This document shows positions 27,728 to 36,224 of a DNA stretch of 64,000 bases, piece by piece. The DNA is from a phage. Made by a program: the position numbers and the translations under genes. The DNA lies in sequence record PQ724393.1. One strand, written 5' to 3'. How positions within the stretch are numbered: position 1 is the first letter of the stretch; each line of letters starts with the position of its first letter. The notes beneath the pieces were generated by a model, which made no database searches, was not told the origin of the DNA, and saw only the letters and a list, made by a program, of their open reading frames with translations.

Positions 27728-28317
27728 TTACGGCATTCCTTAATAAACTCATTTAAATTATGTTTGTTTTTACCTTCGTCGTAAAGACGTTGTTGACGAC
27801 GTAAACGCCATGGCATTTCAATAGCCAAGCACCAAATACTTAAAGCAGCGCCAGCTGTGAAAAGATTCATTAATCCGGCGCCAATAATAGTTCGTTCTAG
27901 CGCATCATTCCAGTTAGCATCGATTAAAAATGAACTCAACACTAACATTGGAAGTAAAGTAATAAAATACGCTACAACATATCGTCCGAACGTAAGCCAT
28001 TCAGTATCGATGAGCTTAGCCTTTCCATCTTGGAGACAAATATACTTATCGTCAGTGCGGGTGATTTTCTTTACCGGTTGCCAACCATTTACGATATAAC
28101 CCATTCTGAACTCCTCAATTAAAAGCTGTTTCATTTCGGCAGTACAACCTGACCAATCTATTGTACTGGCTGAAATTCCTTCATCACAGTCATCGATATT
28201 TCGCCAGGACTTTTTAATAATCATATGTTCACCACTTGGGATAATAATTCCAGCATTTTCCGACCGACGGATGAAGTTTGTATCAATACCCATACAACCA
28301 GGTTCATAAAGGGCCAT
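27724..28317 (-). CDS. Hypothetical membrane protein (197 aa)
   Basis: C-terminal hydrophobic helices. Confidence 0.5.
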   Translation of the reverse strand: MALYEPGCMGIDTNFIRRSENAGIIIPSGEHMIIKKSWRNIDDCDEGISASTIDWSGCTAEMKQLLIEEFRMGYIVNGWQPVKKITRTDDKYICLQDGKAKLIDTEWLTFGRYVVAYFITLLPMLVLSSFLIDANWNDALERTIIGAGLMNLFTAGAALSIWCLAIEMPWRLRRQQRLYDEGKNKHNLNEFIKECRK

Positions 28318-29003
28318 TACCAGCCCTCCATAGGAAATTCCAGATATACTTGAGCATTAACGCGGATTTCATTTGTAATCTTTTTAACACGGTCGGTATT
28401 ACGAGACACACGACCAAACCAGCGCCACCCGTTACTTACTGCACGAGAACCTGTATGCCATGTTTGCCAATCAAACTGGAGTAACGTGCGGTCAGGAGCA
28501 TCCCACTTGGTTAATTCATTGGACTCAATTTTTTCCAGAACTTCTTTATGCCACTGGCGATAGATAAGTTCGCCTTCAGGAATCTGACTGAACTGTGCAG
28601 TTCCGGTTGCAAAATGAGTAGGACACACATCAGCATTAACAAGACCAAGAATATGTTCAGAATGGTATCGAGGATTATCATAATCAGGTTGCCCTGCGGT
28701 AATAAAGTGTTGACCCACCGGAATATCTGGACGTGGTACATCATCATGGTGGAAGCCTGGAATTGCAGGGTACCAGCCGGGCATTAACATGTGTACACGG
28801 GAATCAAATACGCATTCAACGGCTTTCCACTCATCAGGGAGATTAGTAATAAAGCTACGAGTAATAGGACCACCATTTTGTGCAGCAAAATTCAAATCAC
28901 AGTTAAAGAACATAGGCTCGTTTTTAATATCATCATTAGAAATATGACCTGCAAAACCACCTACTGCACGAGCTTTAGAATTAAAAGTTTTTGGACCGTT
29001 CAT
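28317..29003 (-). CDS. Hypothetical protein (228 aa) with HHDD metal-site-like motif
   Basis: PGWYPAIPGFHHDD followed by downstream His residues; possible metal-dependent enzyme, unverified. Confidence 0.5.
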   Translation of the reverse strand: MNGPKTFNSKARAVGGFAGHISNDDIKNEPMFFNCDLNFAAQNGGPITRSFITNLPDEWKAVECVFDSRVHMLMPGWYPAIPGFHHDDVPRPDIPVGQHFITAGQPDYDNPRYHSEHILGLVNADVCPTHFATGTAQFSQIPEGELIYRQWHKEVLEKIESNELTKWDAPDRTLLQFDWQTWHTGSRAVSNGWRWFGRVSRNTDRVKKITNEIRVNAQVYLEFPMEGW

Positions 29004-29017
29004 AATATTTTCCTCAC

Positions 29018-29230
29018 TTACTTTTTGTTGAAAAAGTACATTTTACCTTTAGGAGATAAGGATACACGAAGGGCGTTACCAATACCAACTGAACATTTAA
29101 CCAGGTCAGCAGATTTCAATTCACCAAATGCTTGACGAAGGTCTCCATCACGAGTGTTAACCATCAGGCATTTAGCACCAGCTGCACGAACTTCGTTTAA
29201 CATGTTGATTGCTTGGTTAGAAAGTTTCAT
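29018..29230 (-). CDS. Hypothetical protein (70 aa)
   Basis: Start at MKLSNQAIN (ATG 29228-29230) with SD GGAGAATAAA; 5'UTR identical to that of gene at 37528. Confidence 0.45.
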   Translation of the reverse strand: MKLSNQAINMLNEVRAAGAKCLMVNTRDGDLRQAFGELKSADLVKCSVGIGNALRVSLSPKGKMYFFNKK

Positions 29231-29297
29231 TTTATTCTCCATTTCACTCTGTTGTTTTGATAGGTCTATAGTATCACACCTATAGACCTTGTACACT
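29231..29297 (-). promoter_or_regulatory. Early promoter / stem-loop cassette (variant -35 GTGTACA)
   Basis: Conserved core ttgataggtctatagtatca; stem GGTCTATAG/CTATAGACC. Confidence 0.45.
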
Positions 29298-29308
29298 GTT
29301 TTGTGCAA

Positions 29309-30268
29309 TTATTTTTCGAAAGGACGAATTAAATGATGGTTATCTTGGAAACGCTTGATGTAGTCGTTTTCACCTAAAGTCTTATACATATTCACTACAG
29401 CTTGGTAGTTTTCCCAGGCGTACTCGCGGAACCAACCTGAAGTGATTGAGGTACACACTTTCTCAAGAGCCATATAAAAACTTAATGATGGTGAAATATT
29501 GAAGTCATTAGGAACCTGTGAACGTTCTAGTGCCAGGACACAAGTTTCTTCATATACACCAGCCAGTTTAATAGCTTCGGGCAAAGCCTCGAACTTCTCA
29601 CGAGAGGTCATGACTTCAGAACCTTCCTTCATATAAAAGGTATATGCAGGGCGTCCAGCCAATGCTACTGCTTCATGAATAGAGTCATGGTCCAGCGTAT
29701 AAATGGTATCATTAAAGAACGATGATTTGTTTACGTCCAATTTAGGGTGAGAATAGCTCAACGTTTCTTTTTGACGTTGCAACATAATTTCCCGGAGTTC
29801 TTCGTTCAGGGTGATACCTTTATTACGAAGGTATTTGATGTGGGACATAGTTTTCAAGAAGAACGGATTATTCTTCAGGAAACGATGAGAGGTTTTGATA
29901 GCCAGACAGATATCAGGCGTTGCCCAATAGAAACCAGTAAGACGGTCCTTTTTAATATGATTTTCAGCATATTTCAGGAGACGATAACTTGAAGTGAAAT
30001 CTTCGTCTTGAAGCTCGCCAGTAATTTCTCGTACGTTAGTCAGAGCACGGACAATATAAGCTTCAAAATAGGTTTCTTTACCATTGTACATACATTTAAA
30101 GGCCTGGACATCAGGATTATCCACAGGAACATGAGCGCCGAACATCCGGGCTTTAAAGTGATTCCATGAGCCTTGGTCGGCAATGAAATCCCAATCAGAA
30201 TTTTCGATATGCTTACTTTCAATCAGACCAGCGTGGTGCAGTGCACGAGAACCAATAACTAGCATCAT
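29309..30268 (-). CDS. Hypothetical protein (319 aa) with possible nucleotidyltransferase-like N-terminus
   Basis: LVIGSRALHHAG...SDWDFIA loosely fits GS...DxD; weak. Confidence 0.5.
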   Translation of the reverse strand: MMLVIGSRALHHAGLIESKHIENSDWDFIADQGSWNHFKARMFGAHVPVDNPDVQAFKCMYNGKETYFEAYIVRALTNVREITGELQDEDFTSSYRLLKYAENHIKKDRLTGFYWATPDICLAIKTSHRFLKNNPFFLKTMSHIKYLRNKGITLNEELREIMLQRQKETLSYSHPKLDVNKSSFFNDTIYTLDHDSIHEAVALAGRPAYTFYMKEGSEVMTSREKFEALPEAIKLAGVYEETCVLALERSQVPNDFNISPSLSFYMALEKVCTSITSGWFREYAWENYQAVVNMYKTLGENDYIKRFQDNHHLIRPFEK

Positions 30269-30281
30269 AATATTTTCCTCA

Positions 30282-30449
30282 TTAATAAAGACGAGTTACT
30301 TCATATTTACCCAGTTCAGATTTTTTTGCTTCAATACGCGTTGCGGCTAGATTAGCAGCCTCTAGTGAAGAAAATTGGACCACTTGGGAAGTATTCTGCC
30401 TTACGCCACCTTGTGGGTGAGTAACAAAAACAATAAGAACATTATACAT
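30282..30449 (-). CDS. Hypothetical small protein (55 aa)
   Basis: ATG with strong SD GAGGAAAATATT; below ORF-track cutoff. Confidence 0.3.
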   Translation of the reverse strand: MYNVLIVFVTHPQGGVRQNTSQVVQFSSLEAANLAATRIEAKKSELGKYEVTRLY

Positions 30450-30470
30450 AATATTTTCCTCAGAGTAAAC

Positions 30471-30710
30471 TTAAATTTCAGCAACGTAATCGTTATGCAA
30501 TTCCCACATATCATCAGAATTATTCTTAATGATAGGAATTATCTCATTAGAGATTTCTTCTGCATAAGGGTCATTGATACAGTGGGCATCTTCAAAACGA
30601 ACACCGTAATCAGACTTCTTATAGGCAAAGCCATAAATCTTTTTAAACTTGGCACGACTAATTCGTACCGGCTCATCAGACTTATCAGACAATGGAGAGT
30701 AATACCACAT
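30471..30710 (-). CDS. Hypothetical protein (79 aa)
   Basis: ORF. Confidence 0.45.
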   Translation of the reverse strand: MWYYSPLSDKSDEPVRISRAKFKKIYGFAYKKSDYGVRFEDAHCINDPYAEEISNEIIPIIKNNSDDMWELHNDYVAEI

Positions 30711-30753
30711 ATGTTCTCCTCATGTTTGTGTAGGGTAATAGTAACATGATTTT

Positions 30754-31083
30754 CTAGAGTTGTACATCACTTCTGCAATATTCTAAAAATAATTTATCGT
30801 TGTCTACGGTATCCCAACGACGCCAAGATGGGTTCCAGACCAAAGCGTTGTCACCACAATCATTGAGCTTAAAATGGTCGTAGTACATAGCTATATGTCT
30901 GGTTTCGTCACCAGAGAACCCTAGTATAGGCTCACCATGAGTATGATACATATGATGGTGCATTGAGAGGTCGCATTTGTAAAACATCTCACGTTTACCA
31001 CGAATGAACAAGAAAGCTTGACCATTCATATAGAATTCTTTATCTGTTTTCAAAAGATATTTGAATACCGAATCTTTATGCAT
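30754..31083 (-). CDS. Hypothetical His-rich protein (109 aa)
   Basis: Start at ATG 31081-31083 with SD AGGAGGA; HHHMYHTH cluster. Confidence 0.45.
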   Translation of the reverse strand: MHKDSVFKYLLKTDKEFYMNGQAFLFIRGKREMFYKCDLSMHHHMYHTHGEPILGFSGDETRHIAMYYDHFKLNDCGDNALVWNPSWRRWDTVDNDKLFLEYCRSDVQL

Positions 31084-31113
31084 AAGTCCTCCTACCACAT
31101 CCTTGTGGTTAAA

Positions 31114-31341
31114 TTATTTTCCTAACGAAACACGAGTAGGTTTTTTACCAAAATAGTCTTCATAAGACCCATCTAAACGACCTGCTTTAGACCGACAATA
31201 TGAATCGTACTTTTTGTAATAAGTCATCTCGGTATTATAACGCGGGTGTCTATCAGCCATAATAATACTTAACGGCCAACCTTTGGCATAATCGCGAAGA
31301 CCATTTATTTTACGAATGTATCTTTTCTTTAATTTTAGCAT
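31114..31341 (-). CDS. Hypothetical basic protein (75 aa)
   Basis: ORF; start overlaps stop of paralog 1. Confidence 0.4.
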   Translation of the reverse strand: MLKLKKRYIRKINGLRDYAKGWPLSIIMADRHPRYNTEMTYYKKYDSYCRSKAGRLDGSYEDYFGKKPTRVSLGK

Positions 31342-31559
31342 GAGCTCGGATACCAGATTTTACCATCAGAACGAGCAACGAAGGTTCGGCCGGCTTCTTC
31401 GCCGTAACAAGAGCTATTCAGCCAATCTTCAAGACGAACTTCACCATCATAATCATCAAGCTCAACACCAAAATCTTGTGCAGAAGCCATATCTTTTACT
31501 TTCTTATACAGCGCAGCCAGTTCAAGAGCAGCTTTTTCTAATTCATTAATATCAGACAT
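31335..31559 (-). CDS. Small protein paralog 1 of 5 (C-terminal ...WYPSSC)
   Basis: 74 aa; N-terminal helix EKAALELAALYKK; shares C-terminal W-x-x-S-S-x-C with four upstream neighbours. Confidence 0.5.
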   Translation of the reverse strand: MSDINELEKAALELAALYKKVKDMASAQDFGVELDDYDGEVRLEDWLNSSCYGEEAGRTFVARSDGKIWYPSSC

Positions 31560-31568
31560 TTTATTTCC

Positions 31569-31799
31569 TTAGCAAGACATAGAGGAGTTAAACCAGAAAC
31601 CCTGGCCATCATTGATACCGTAATCACTGCGAATCCAGTCATATTCTTCGTATTCTTCGCTAGAAGCCGGAATATAACGCTGGAAACGGTCTGCGGCGTG
31701 TAAATTAAAAATTTCGCCGGTTTTATCGGCCAGCTGCTCACCTTCACAGATTAGTGCACGGATTTGGTCTTCGATTTCTTTAACAGTTTTAGAAGTCAT
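31569..31799 (-). CDS. Small protein paralog 2 of 5 (C-terminal ...FWFNSSMSC)
   Basis: 76 aa; TAAGG stop/SD junction to next gene. Confidence 0.5.
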   Translation of the reverse strand: MTSKTVKEIEDQIRALICEGEQLADKTGEIFNLHAADRFQRYIPASSEEYEEYDWIRSDYGINDGQGFWFNSSMSC

Positions 31800-31808
31800 T
31801 TTATTACC

Positions 31809-32006
31809 TTAGCATTCGTAAGAGGAGGACACCCAAGAGGTACCACTAATTGTAATACAACCATTATAAAGCGTGATATGACGTTCCAGGTCACGAACAC
31901 CGTCGATATAGATATCAGCTTCTTCGCGTTCTTCTTTACAAATCTGGATAACGTTTTCAATAGCTGCGGCTGCAGTACGGATTGCACAATCTAGTTCACG
32001 AGACAT
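31809..32006 (-). CDS. Small protein paralog 3 of 5 (C-terminal ...SWVSSSYEC)
   Basis: 65 aa. Confidence 0.5.
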   Translation of the reverse strand: MSRELDCAIRTAAAAIENVIQICKEEREEADIYIDGVRDLERHITLYNGCITISGTSWVSSSYEC

Positions 32007-32015
32007 AATAATTCC

Positions 32016-32297
32016 TTAACATTCAGAAGAAGAGGATACCCATCCACCATTTTCTAGGCTGGTAGTGTAATCATGTTGGTTTACAATAGCGTACTGAGCT
32101 TCACCGTATTCTTCCCAGTGGGCCAGGTCAGCTTTCAAGGCGCCAGGAGAATAATAGTCACCGCCCATACCGCGAGCAGGGTATATATTAAAATGAGTCT
32201 CATATTTGTTGGCAATTTCCTCGGCACGACGAATAGCTTTATGGATATCATTTACTGCAGCAGCCAGCTCTTTATTTTTACGGTAATCATTCATCAT
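32016..32297 (-). CDS. Small protein paralog 4 of 5 (C-terminal ...GWVSSSSEC)
   Basis: 93 aa. Confidence 0.5.
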   Translation of the reverse strand: MMNDYRKNKELAAAVNDIHKAIRRAEEIANKYETHFNIYPARGMGGDYYSPGALKADLAHWEEYGEAQYAIVNQHDYTTSLENGGWVSSSSEC

Positions 32298-32306
32298 AGC
32301 GTTTCC

Positions 32307-32597
32307 TTAGCACATTGCCGAAGAGGAGACCCAAGCACCAACTGTAACGACGCCATTTTCAACTTCACCACCATTGTTTTCAATTTCATCTTTAAACCAC
32401 TGGGAGCATTCATAACCAACAGGGTAGTATGTACGTCCTGAGCCATAATCACCTGTTCCGAATTGAATACCGTACTTATCGGCAATAGCTTCACATTTGG
32501 ATTCGATGGTATCCACTTTATTCAGAAGAGCATAGATAGCCTTTTCTGCAGATTTCTCGTCATTGTATTCAGGGATTTCAATTTCAATTTTATTCAT
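32307..32597 (-). CDS. Small protein paralog 5 of 5 (C-terminal ...AWVSSSAMC)
   Basis: 96 aa. Confidence 0.5.
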   Translation of the reverse strand: MNKIEIEIPEYNDEKSAEKAIYALLNKVDTIESKCEAIADKYGIQFGTGDYGSGRTYYPVGYECSQWFKDEIENNGGEVENGVVTVGAWVSSSAMC

Positions 32598-32947
32598 GAT
32601 TTACATTCCTTAATAAAGGTTTCAAGGTCATTACGTTTGGTTTGTTTTACATACTCATTATAATTAGCCATCTCTAAAGCATATCTCTTTTTACGTGGCT
32701 TGTTTATTTTATTAGTTTGGGCGATATCAAAGACCAATGGGATAAAGTATCCTATTAAAGCCGGAACCCAAATCCATGCGAGGCTCATATCTTCAAACGG
32801 ATGGCGAGGCATACCATTAATAATCCCGCCGACAAGAAATCCAATTATCCCTGCAACCATACTAGTAGCAATGCCGAGGAATAATGAAATAGAGATATCG
32901 TAATCTGCTAATGCGTAACCAGGGTCGGTTTTACTAGGCTTATACAT
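32594..32947 (-). CDS. Hypothetical membrane protein (117 aa)
   Basis: Start at ATG 32945-32947 (MYKPSK); two hydrophobic helices. Confidence 0.45.
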   Translation of the reverse strand: MYKPSKTDPGYALADYDISISLFLGIATSMVAGIIGFLVGGIINGMPRHPFEDMSLAWIWVPALIGYFIPLVFDIAQTNKINKPRKKRYALEMANYNEYVKQTKRNDLETFIKECKS

Positions 32948-33476
32948 TTTGGACCTCTTTGGCGTATTCGCGGCATTCAGCAATAAAACGATTAAGCTTA
33001 CGTTGTTGTTTACGACTTTCTAATGTGTATTCGTTGGCTAAAATAATAAGCTCATCTTTATCGTAGTTTTTGATATCCGAATAACTCGGGCGACGGTCGA
33101 TCATTCCAAATACATCACCATTTTCTAAAGCTACATAGCATACTAAATGGTAATCATCGTCTGCCATATTAAGAAGCACACAATCAGCGCTCTCGTTTAA
33201 AGAATATACTGAATAACGTAGTCCGGCGAATTCCACTCGTTGAATAGCCAGATTTACGTCAATAATTTCCAAAGCATCTTCAAAAGAAAGGTCTTCAGCT
33301 AAAGCAAAAATAAAAGGTAATTTGGTAGTATCGCCACGGCTAGATGTTCTGCTTAAGAAATCGTTTGAATAGCCTAGGTCTTGGCGAATTCTATAAAGAA
33401 CTGAATTGGTTTCATGGGAAAGACCGCTATTTTTAAACCAATCAATATTGGATATCAAATTATCATATAAGCTCAT
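32940..33476 (-). CDS. Hypothetical protein (178 aa)
   Basis: ORF with ATG start. Confidence 0.5.
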   Translation of the reverse strand: MSLYDNLISNIDWFKNSGLSHETNSVLYRIRQDLGYSNDFLSRTSSRGDTTKLPFIFALAEDLSFEDALEIIDVNLAIQRVEFAGLRYSVYSLNESADCVLLNMADDDYHLVCYVALENGDVFGMIDRRPSYSDIKNYDKDELIILANEYTLESRKQQRKLNRFIAECREYAKEVQNV

Positions 33477-33524
33477 AATATTCTCCTCTCCTCCAAATAG
33501 GGAGACCGAAGTCTCCCAGTAACA

Positions 33525-34118
33525 TTACTTAAGTGAATTAATGTAGTCTTCGATATCAGCAGAAGTCGTATCCATTCCAACTTGCGGGCCTTTAAACGTT
33601 TCTACACGAAGTAGGGTATCTTCAATATCAATCTTAGTCAATGCGGCGATTTCAACAACATCATCGGCAGTAGCAATACCCAGGGCAGCCATATTACGAG
33701 TTTCACGAATGTACTCAAGCTTAACCGCTAGTTCCTGGCGAGAGTCATCAAGTTCCTTGACCTTAAGCTTAATTTCATTACGCATTTCAACATAATCATC
33801 GGCTTTCTTACGAAGTTGAGTAGCCGTACGACGATAAAGGAGGCCAAGTTTAGCATGCACCTGAACATCAGCACCTTCTTTAATCAGTTTACGAATTTCA
33901 CGTTCTTTAGAACTAGCCAGTTGGTCCTTTTCGTTAGCGAGTTCACGAATACGTTTTTCTTCATTCACGGACTTAACATGAGCAGTCTGGAGTTCAGTGA
34001 TTTTATCAATCAGAGTAGAAGCCGCTTTGGTGTATTGGTCTTCGATTGACAGGTTCTGAGACATTGCTGTACCCAGTTTAGAACGGATGAATTCAACGAT
34101 TTTCTTTAAAGTGTTCAT
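33525..34118 (-). CDS. Hypothetical coiled-coil protein (197 aa)
   Basis: Downstream of promoter 34119-34192 with SD GAAGGAAAT; heptad-rich charged sequence. Confidence 0.5.
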   Translation of the reverse strand: MNTLKKIVEFIRSKLGTAMSQNLSIEDQYTKAASTLIDKITELQTAHVKSVNEEKRIRELANEKDQLASSKEREIRKLIKEGADVQVHAKLGLLYRRTATQLRKKADDYVEMRNEIKLKVKELDDSRQELAVKLEYIRETRNMAALGIATADDVVEIAALTKIDIEDTLLRVETFKGPQVGMDTTSADIEDYINSLK

Positions 34119-34192
34119 AGTATTTCCTTCAGTTGGTTAACGTTTTGTAATCCATGAGGACATTATACCCTGTCCTCTGAGGGATGTAAACA
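34119..34192 (-). promoter_or_regulatory. Early promoter with hairpin flanking -10
   Basis: Coding strand GTTTACA-N17/18-TATAAT; GAGGAC/GTCCTC inverted repeat brackets the -10. Confidence 0.55.
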
Positions 34193-34193
34193 T

Positions 34194-34592
34194 TTATTTC
34201 ATTTTTGCGAGGCAAATTTCATTGGCTTCCCATTGAGCTTGCTTAATAATAGCTTTGGATACAGGAGCCCTTTGGCCATAAGTTTTTGACGTTGAGAGAA
34301 CAATACATTTGTTTGCTTCATTATGCCAGCCCCATGATTTTTCGCCATGGGTGCCTTTAACTACAGCTGACACCTCAACAGAGCAACCACCATCAGAAAT
34401 CTTGGTTTCGACAATCCATTCATTTCTCTCAGCAGCTTCAAGTTCCAATCTAGTTTTTTCTTCATACATCGCGGCCCAATCAGTTTTTGCCAAGTTGAAA
34501 GTAAGAGCTTTCTCTAATTCTTTGGCATATTTTTGTTGTTCAGGTGTTAATGAATTATACAACTCTTGCATTTCTTTATCTTCGATATTCAT
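34194..34592 (-). CDS. Hypothetical protein (132 aa)
   Basis: ORF downstream of promoter 34593-34648. Confidence 0.5.
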   Translation of the reverse strand: MNIEDKEMQELYNSLTPEQQKYAKELEKALTFNLAKTDWAAMYEEKTRLELEAAERNEWIVETKISDGGCSVEVSAVVKGTHGEKSWGWHNEANKCIVLSTSKTYGQRAPVSKAIIKQAQWEANEICLAKMK

Positions 34593-34648
34593 TATGATCT
34601 CCTCAAATTATGGGCTCATAATATCTTAATCATGGGCCCATGTAAACG
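34593..34648 (-). promoter_or_regulatory. Early promoter-like element with palindrome
   Basis: GTTTACA-N17-TATTAT; palindrome ATGGGCCCAT and partner TGAGCCCA flank the -10; SD GAGGAG. Confidence 0.45.
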
Positions 34649-34650
34649 TT

Positions 34651-34914
34651 TTATTTCATATTATTGAAATAATCTTCCGCATCAAAATCGTTATCATGAT
34701 AAACTTTGGTAGACAATTTAACATAACCTTCGGCGGCGAACATATTAACCACAACCTTTACAGTATACCATTGTCCATCATCATTACCCATTACTGCATA
34801 GGTTTCAAATATGGGATGGTCATCACCGATAACTTTAATATCGTTAACTGTAGCACCAAATTCTTCAGGAACGCATTTCATAAAGAAATTAAACAATTCA
34901 CCATAATTATCCAT
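34651..34914 (-). CDS. Hypothetical protein (87 aa)
   Basis: Start at ATG 34912-34914 with SD GGAGAG. Confidence 0.45.
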   Translation of the reverse strand: MDNYGELFNFFMKCVPEEFGATVNDIKVIGDDHPIFETYAVMGNDDGQWYTVKVVVNMFAAEGYVKLSTKVYHDNDFDAEDYFNNMK

Positions 34915-34979
34915 TTTACTCTCCTTCACACTGTTGTTTTGATAGGTCTATAGTATCATGTTCTACGAAAGAGTAAACA
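34915..34979 (-). promoter_or_regulatory. Early promoter / stem-loop cassette
   Basis: GTTTAC box at 34973-34978, conserved core ttgataggtctatagtatca. Confidence 0.5.
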
Positions 34980-35001
34980 TCTTTTTTAAACTTTTTAGAA
35001 A

Positions 35002-35030
35002 CAAAAAAGGCCCAACCTTTCGGAAGGGCC
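35002..35030 (-). terminator. Rho-independent terminator (minus strand)
   Basis: GC-rich hairpin GGCCC...GGGCC with CCGAAAGG core followed on minus strand by U6. Confidence 0.6.
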
Positions 35031-35121
35031 TAGAATCAGTTCTTGTAGAACCGGAATGGGTTTATGTGGAAGGCTAACATAGCTTTTATTTTAAAAGTTT
35101 CATATATTTCTCTAAGTTAAC

Positions 35122-35142
35122 CAAAAAAGCCCCAGACGGGGC
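35122..35142 (-). terminator. Rho-independent terminator (minus strand)
   Basis: GCCCC-AGAC-GGGGC hairpin flanked by A6 (plus) / U6 (minus), 6 nt after stop of gene at 35148. Confidence 0.7.
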
Positions 35143-35147
35143 TTTCG

Positions 35148-35612
35148 TTATTTGATTTGTTTAGCAGACCAGATACGGTCTTTGATGATTTTCTGAATAT
35201 CTTCAACATACTCTAAGTCGTGAGCATGCGGATTATCTTTGAAGCTATGTGCTCGTGCCAGTTTCTGGCCTTCTGTTTTGATTACTAAAAGCTCTTTAAG
35301 AATTGCTTCATACTTAGAAATGATTCCTTTAGCGATATTTTTTTCTTGAGCGGCTTTAGGGTCCGCTTTTGACGCAGGTGCTTTACCTGTAGCTTTCTGG
35401 AACAATTCACCTGATGCAGCTAGGCTTTTAAAAACTCGGCTAACAGTATTAGCATTAGTAAAACCTTCGGCTTTAAAATCTTTAATAAAACGGAAACGTT
35501 CTTCATCAGAGGCGTCTTTGTAAGAATATTTACCTGCTTGAATTGCTGCAATCGCGGCGGCTTTTACATCTGAACTAGATTGTTCGGTCAAAAATTCATT
35601 GTAAGTTTTCAT
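35148..35612 (-). CDS. Internal-protein-like head protein with capsid targeting sequence (154 aa)
   Basis: N-terminus MKTYNEFLTE-Q; Lys/Ala-rich; preceded by AATAAATA late-promoter-like box. Confidence 0.55.
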   Translation of the reverse strand: MKTYNEFLTEQSSSDVKAAAIAAIQAGKYSYKDASDEERFRFIKDFKAEGFTNANTVSRVFKSLAASGELFQKATGKAPASKADPKAAQEKNIAKGIISKYEAILKELLVIKTEGQKLARAHSFKDNPHAHDLEYVEDIQKIIKDRIWSAKQIK

Positions 35613-35652
35613 TATTATTTCCTAAGTTAATTAACTTATCTATTTATTATGC

Positions 35653-35680
35653 CAAAAAGCCCCAACCTTTCGGAAGGGGC
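35653..35680 (-). terminator. Rho-independent terminator (minus strand) downstream of tRNA cluster
   Basis: GCCCCAACCTTTCGGAAGGGGC hairpin, near-duplicate of 35002-35030 hairpin, followed on minus by U5. Confidence 0.6.
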
Positions 35681-35731
35681 CATGCCTTGCGGTAACCTTG
35701 TCGGGGTTCCACCTGCTAGGCAAGTGTTTGT

Positions 35732-35823
35732 ACGAAACGCCAGGATTCGAACCCGGTTATTAAGCAGTTGACGCTACTCAATATTTTTAAAAGGCCATAT
35801 CTCGACCATATCCGAACGTTCCG
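35732..35823 (-). ncRNA. tRNA-like element (possible type II tRNA or tRNA-like 3' domain of a small stable RNA)
   Basis: Canonical T-arm CCGGG-TTCGAAT-CCTGG and a 7-bp acceptor-like pairing CGGAACG/CGTTTCG 91 nt apart; D and anticodon arms could not be folded by eye; no encoded CCA. Confidence 0.3.
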
Positions 35824-36062
35824 TCAAAAACGCTACTCGGCTTACGGCAAAGATATTTCCTCGAATCGATAATTAGGTGCGCCGTTTCTGCTGTGATGTA
35901 AGGGGACATTAACAGATCGTAAAGATTTGTTAATGCCAGTCCTTACTCAGGGAACATCAGTCCGACGACTTACCGGTAGCGACCCGGTTTCTTGTTTGTT
36001 GCGCCGGTGAATGCTGGTAATCAGTCTTCATACGACGGCTTGACTATATAATAGTCTTCATT

Positions 36063-36137
36063 TGGTATCCCGCCCTGGGATCGAACCAGGACCGCAAACT
36101 TAGAAGGATCGTATGCTATCCATTACACCAGCGGGAC
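36063..36137 (-). tRNA. tRNA-Arg (anticodon UCU)
   Basis: Minus-strand GTCCCGC...CCTTCTAAG...GGTTCGATCCCAGG-GCGGGAT-A-CCA; anticodon loop CUUCUAA, T-loop, encoded CCA. Confidence 0.75.
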
Positions 36138-36142
36138 ATAGT

Positions 36143-36219
36143 TGGTGACCCGGACCAGATTTGAACTGGTAACCTTTCCCTTATGAGGGGACTGCTGCTA
36201 ACCATTGAGCTACAGGGCC
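36143..36219 (-). tRNA. tRNA with CAU anticodon (Ile2-type or Met)
   Basis: GGCCCTG...anticodon loop CUCAUAA...AGTTCAAATCTGGT-CCGGGTC-A-CCA; T4 encodes a tRNA-Ile at the corresponding position. Confidence 0.7.
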
Positions 36220-36224
36220 TTAAT

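Noticed and set aside
30375-30749. Plus-strand 124-aa ORF
   Set aside because: Antisense to well-packed minus-strand small genes with good ribosome sites; AT-rich shadow frame.
27724-33476. Shared C-terminal motif [NT][ER]FI[KA]EC[RK] in three unrelated genes (27724-28317, 32594-32947, 32940-33476) as a protein family signature
   Set aside because: The encoding nucleotides TTTATTAAGGAATG hold the Shine-Dalgarno (AAGGAA) of the overlapping downstream gene, so the similarity is best explained by initiation-region constraint.
35860-36060. Additional canonical tRNA genes
   Set aside because: No T-loop (GGTTCGA-type) or cloverleaf could be found; kept only as a possible stable-RNA region in the findings.
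36040-36060. TTGACT...TATAAT as a plus-strand promoter
   Set aside because: The two hexamers are adjacent (spacing ~1 nt), so they cannot form a sigma-70 promoter; no plus-strand gene follows.
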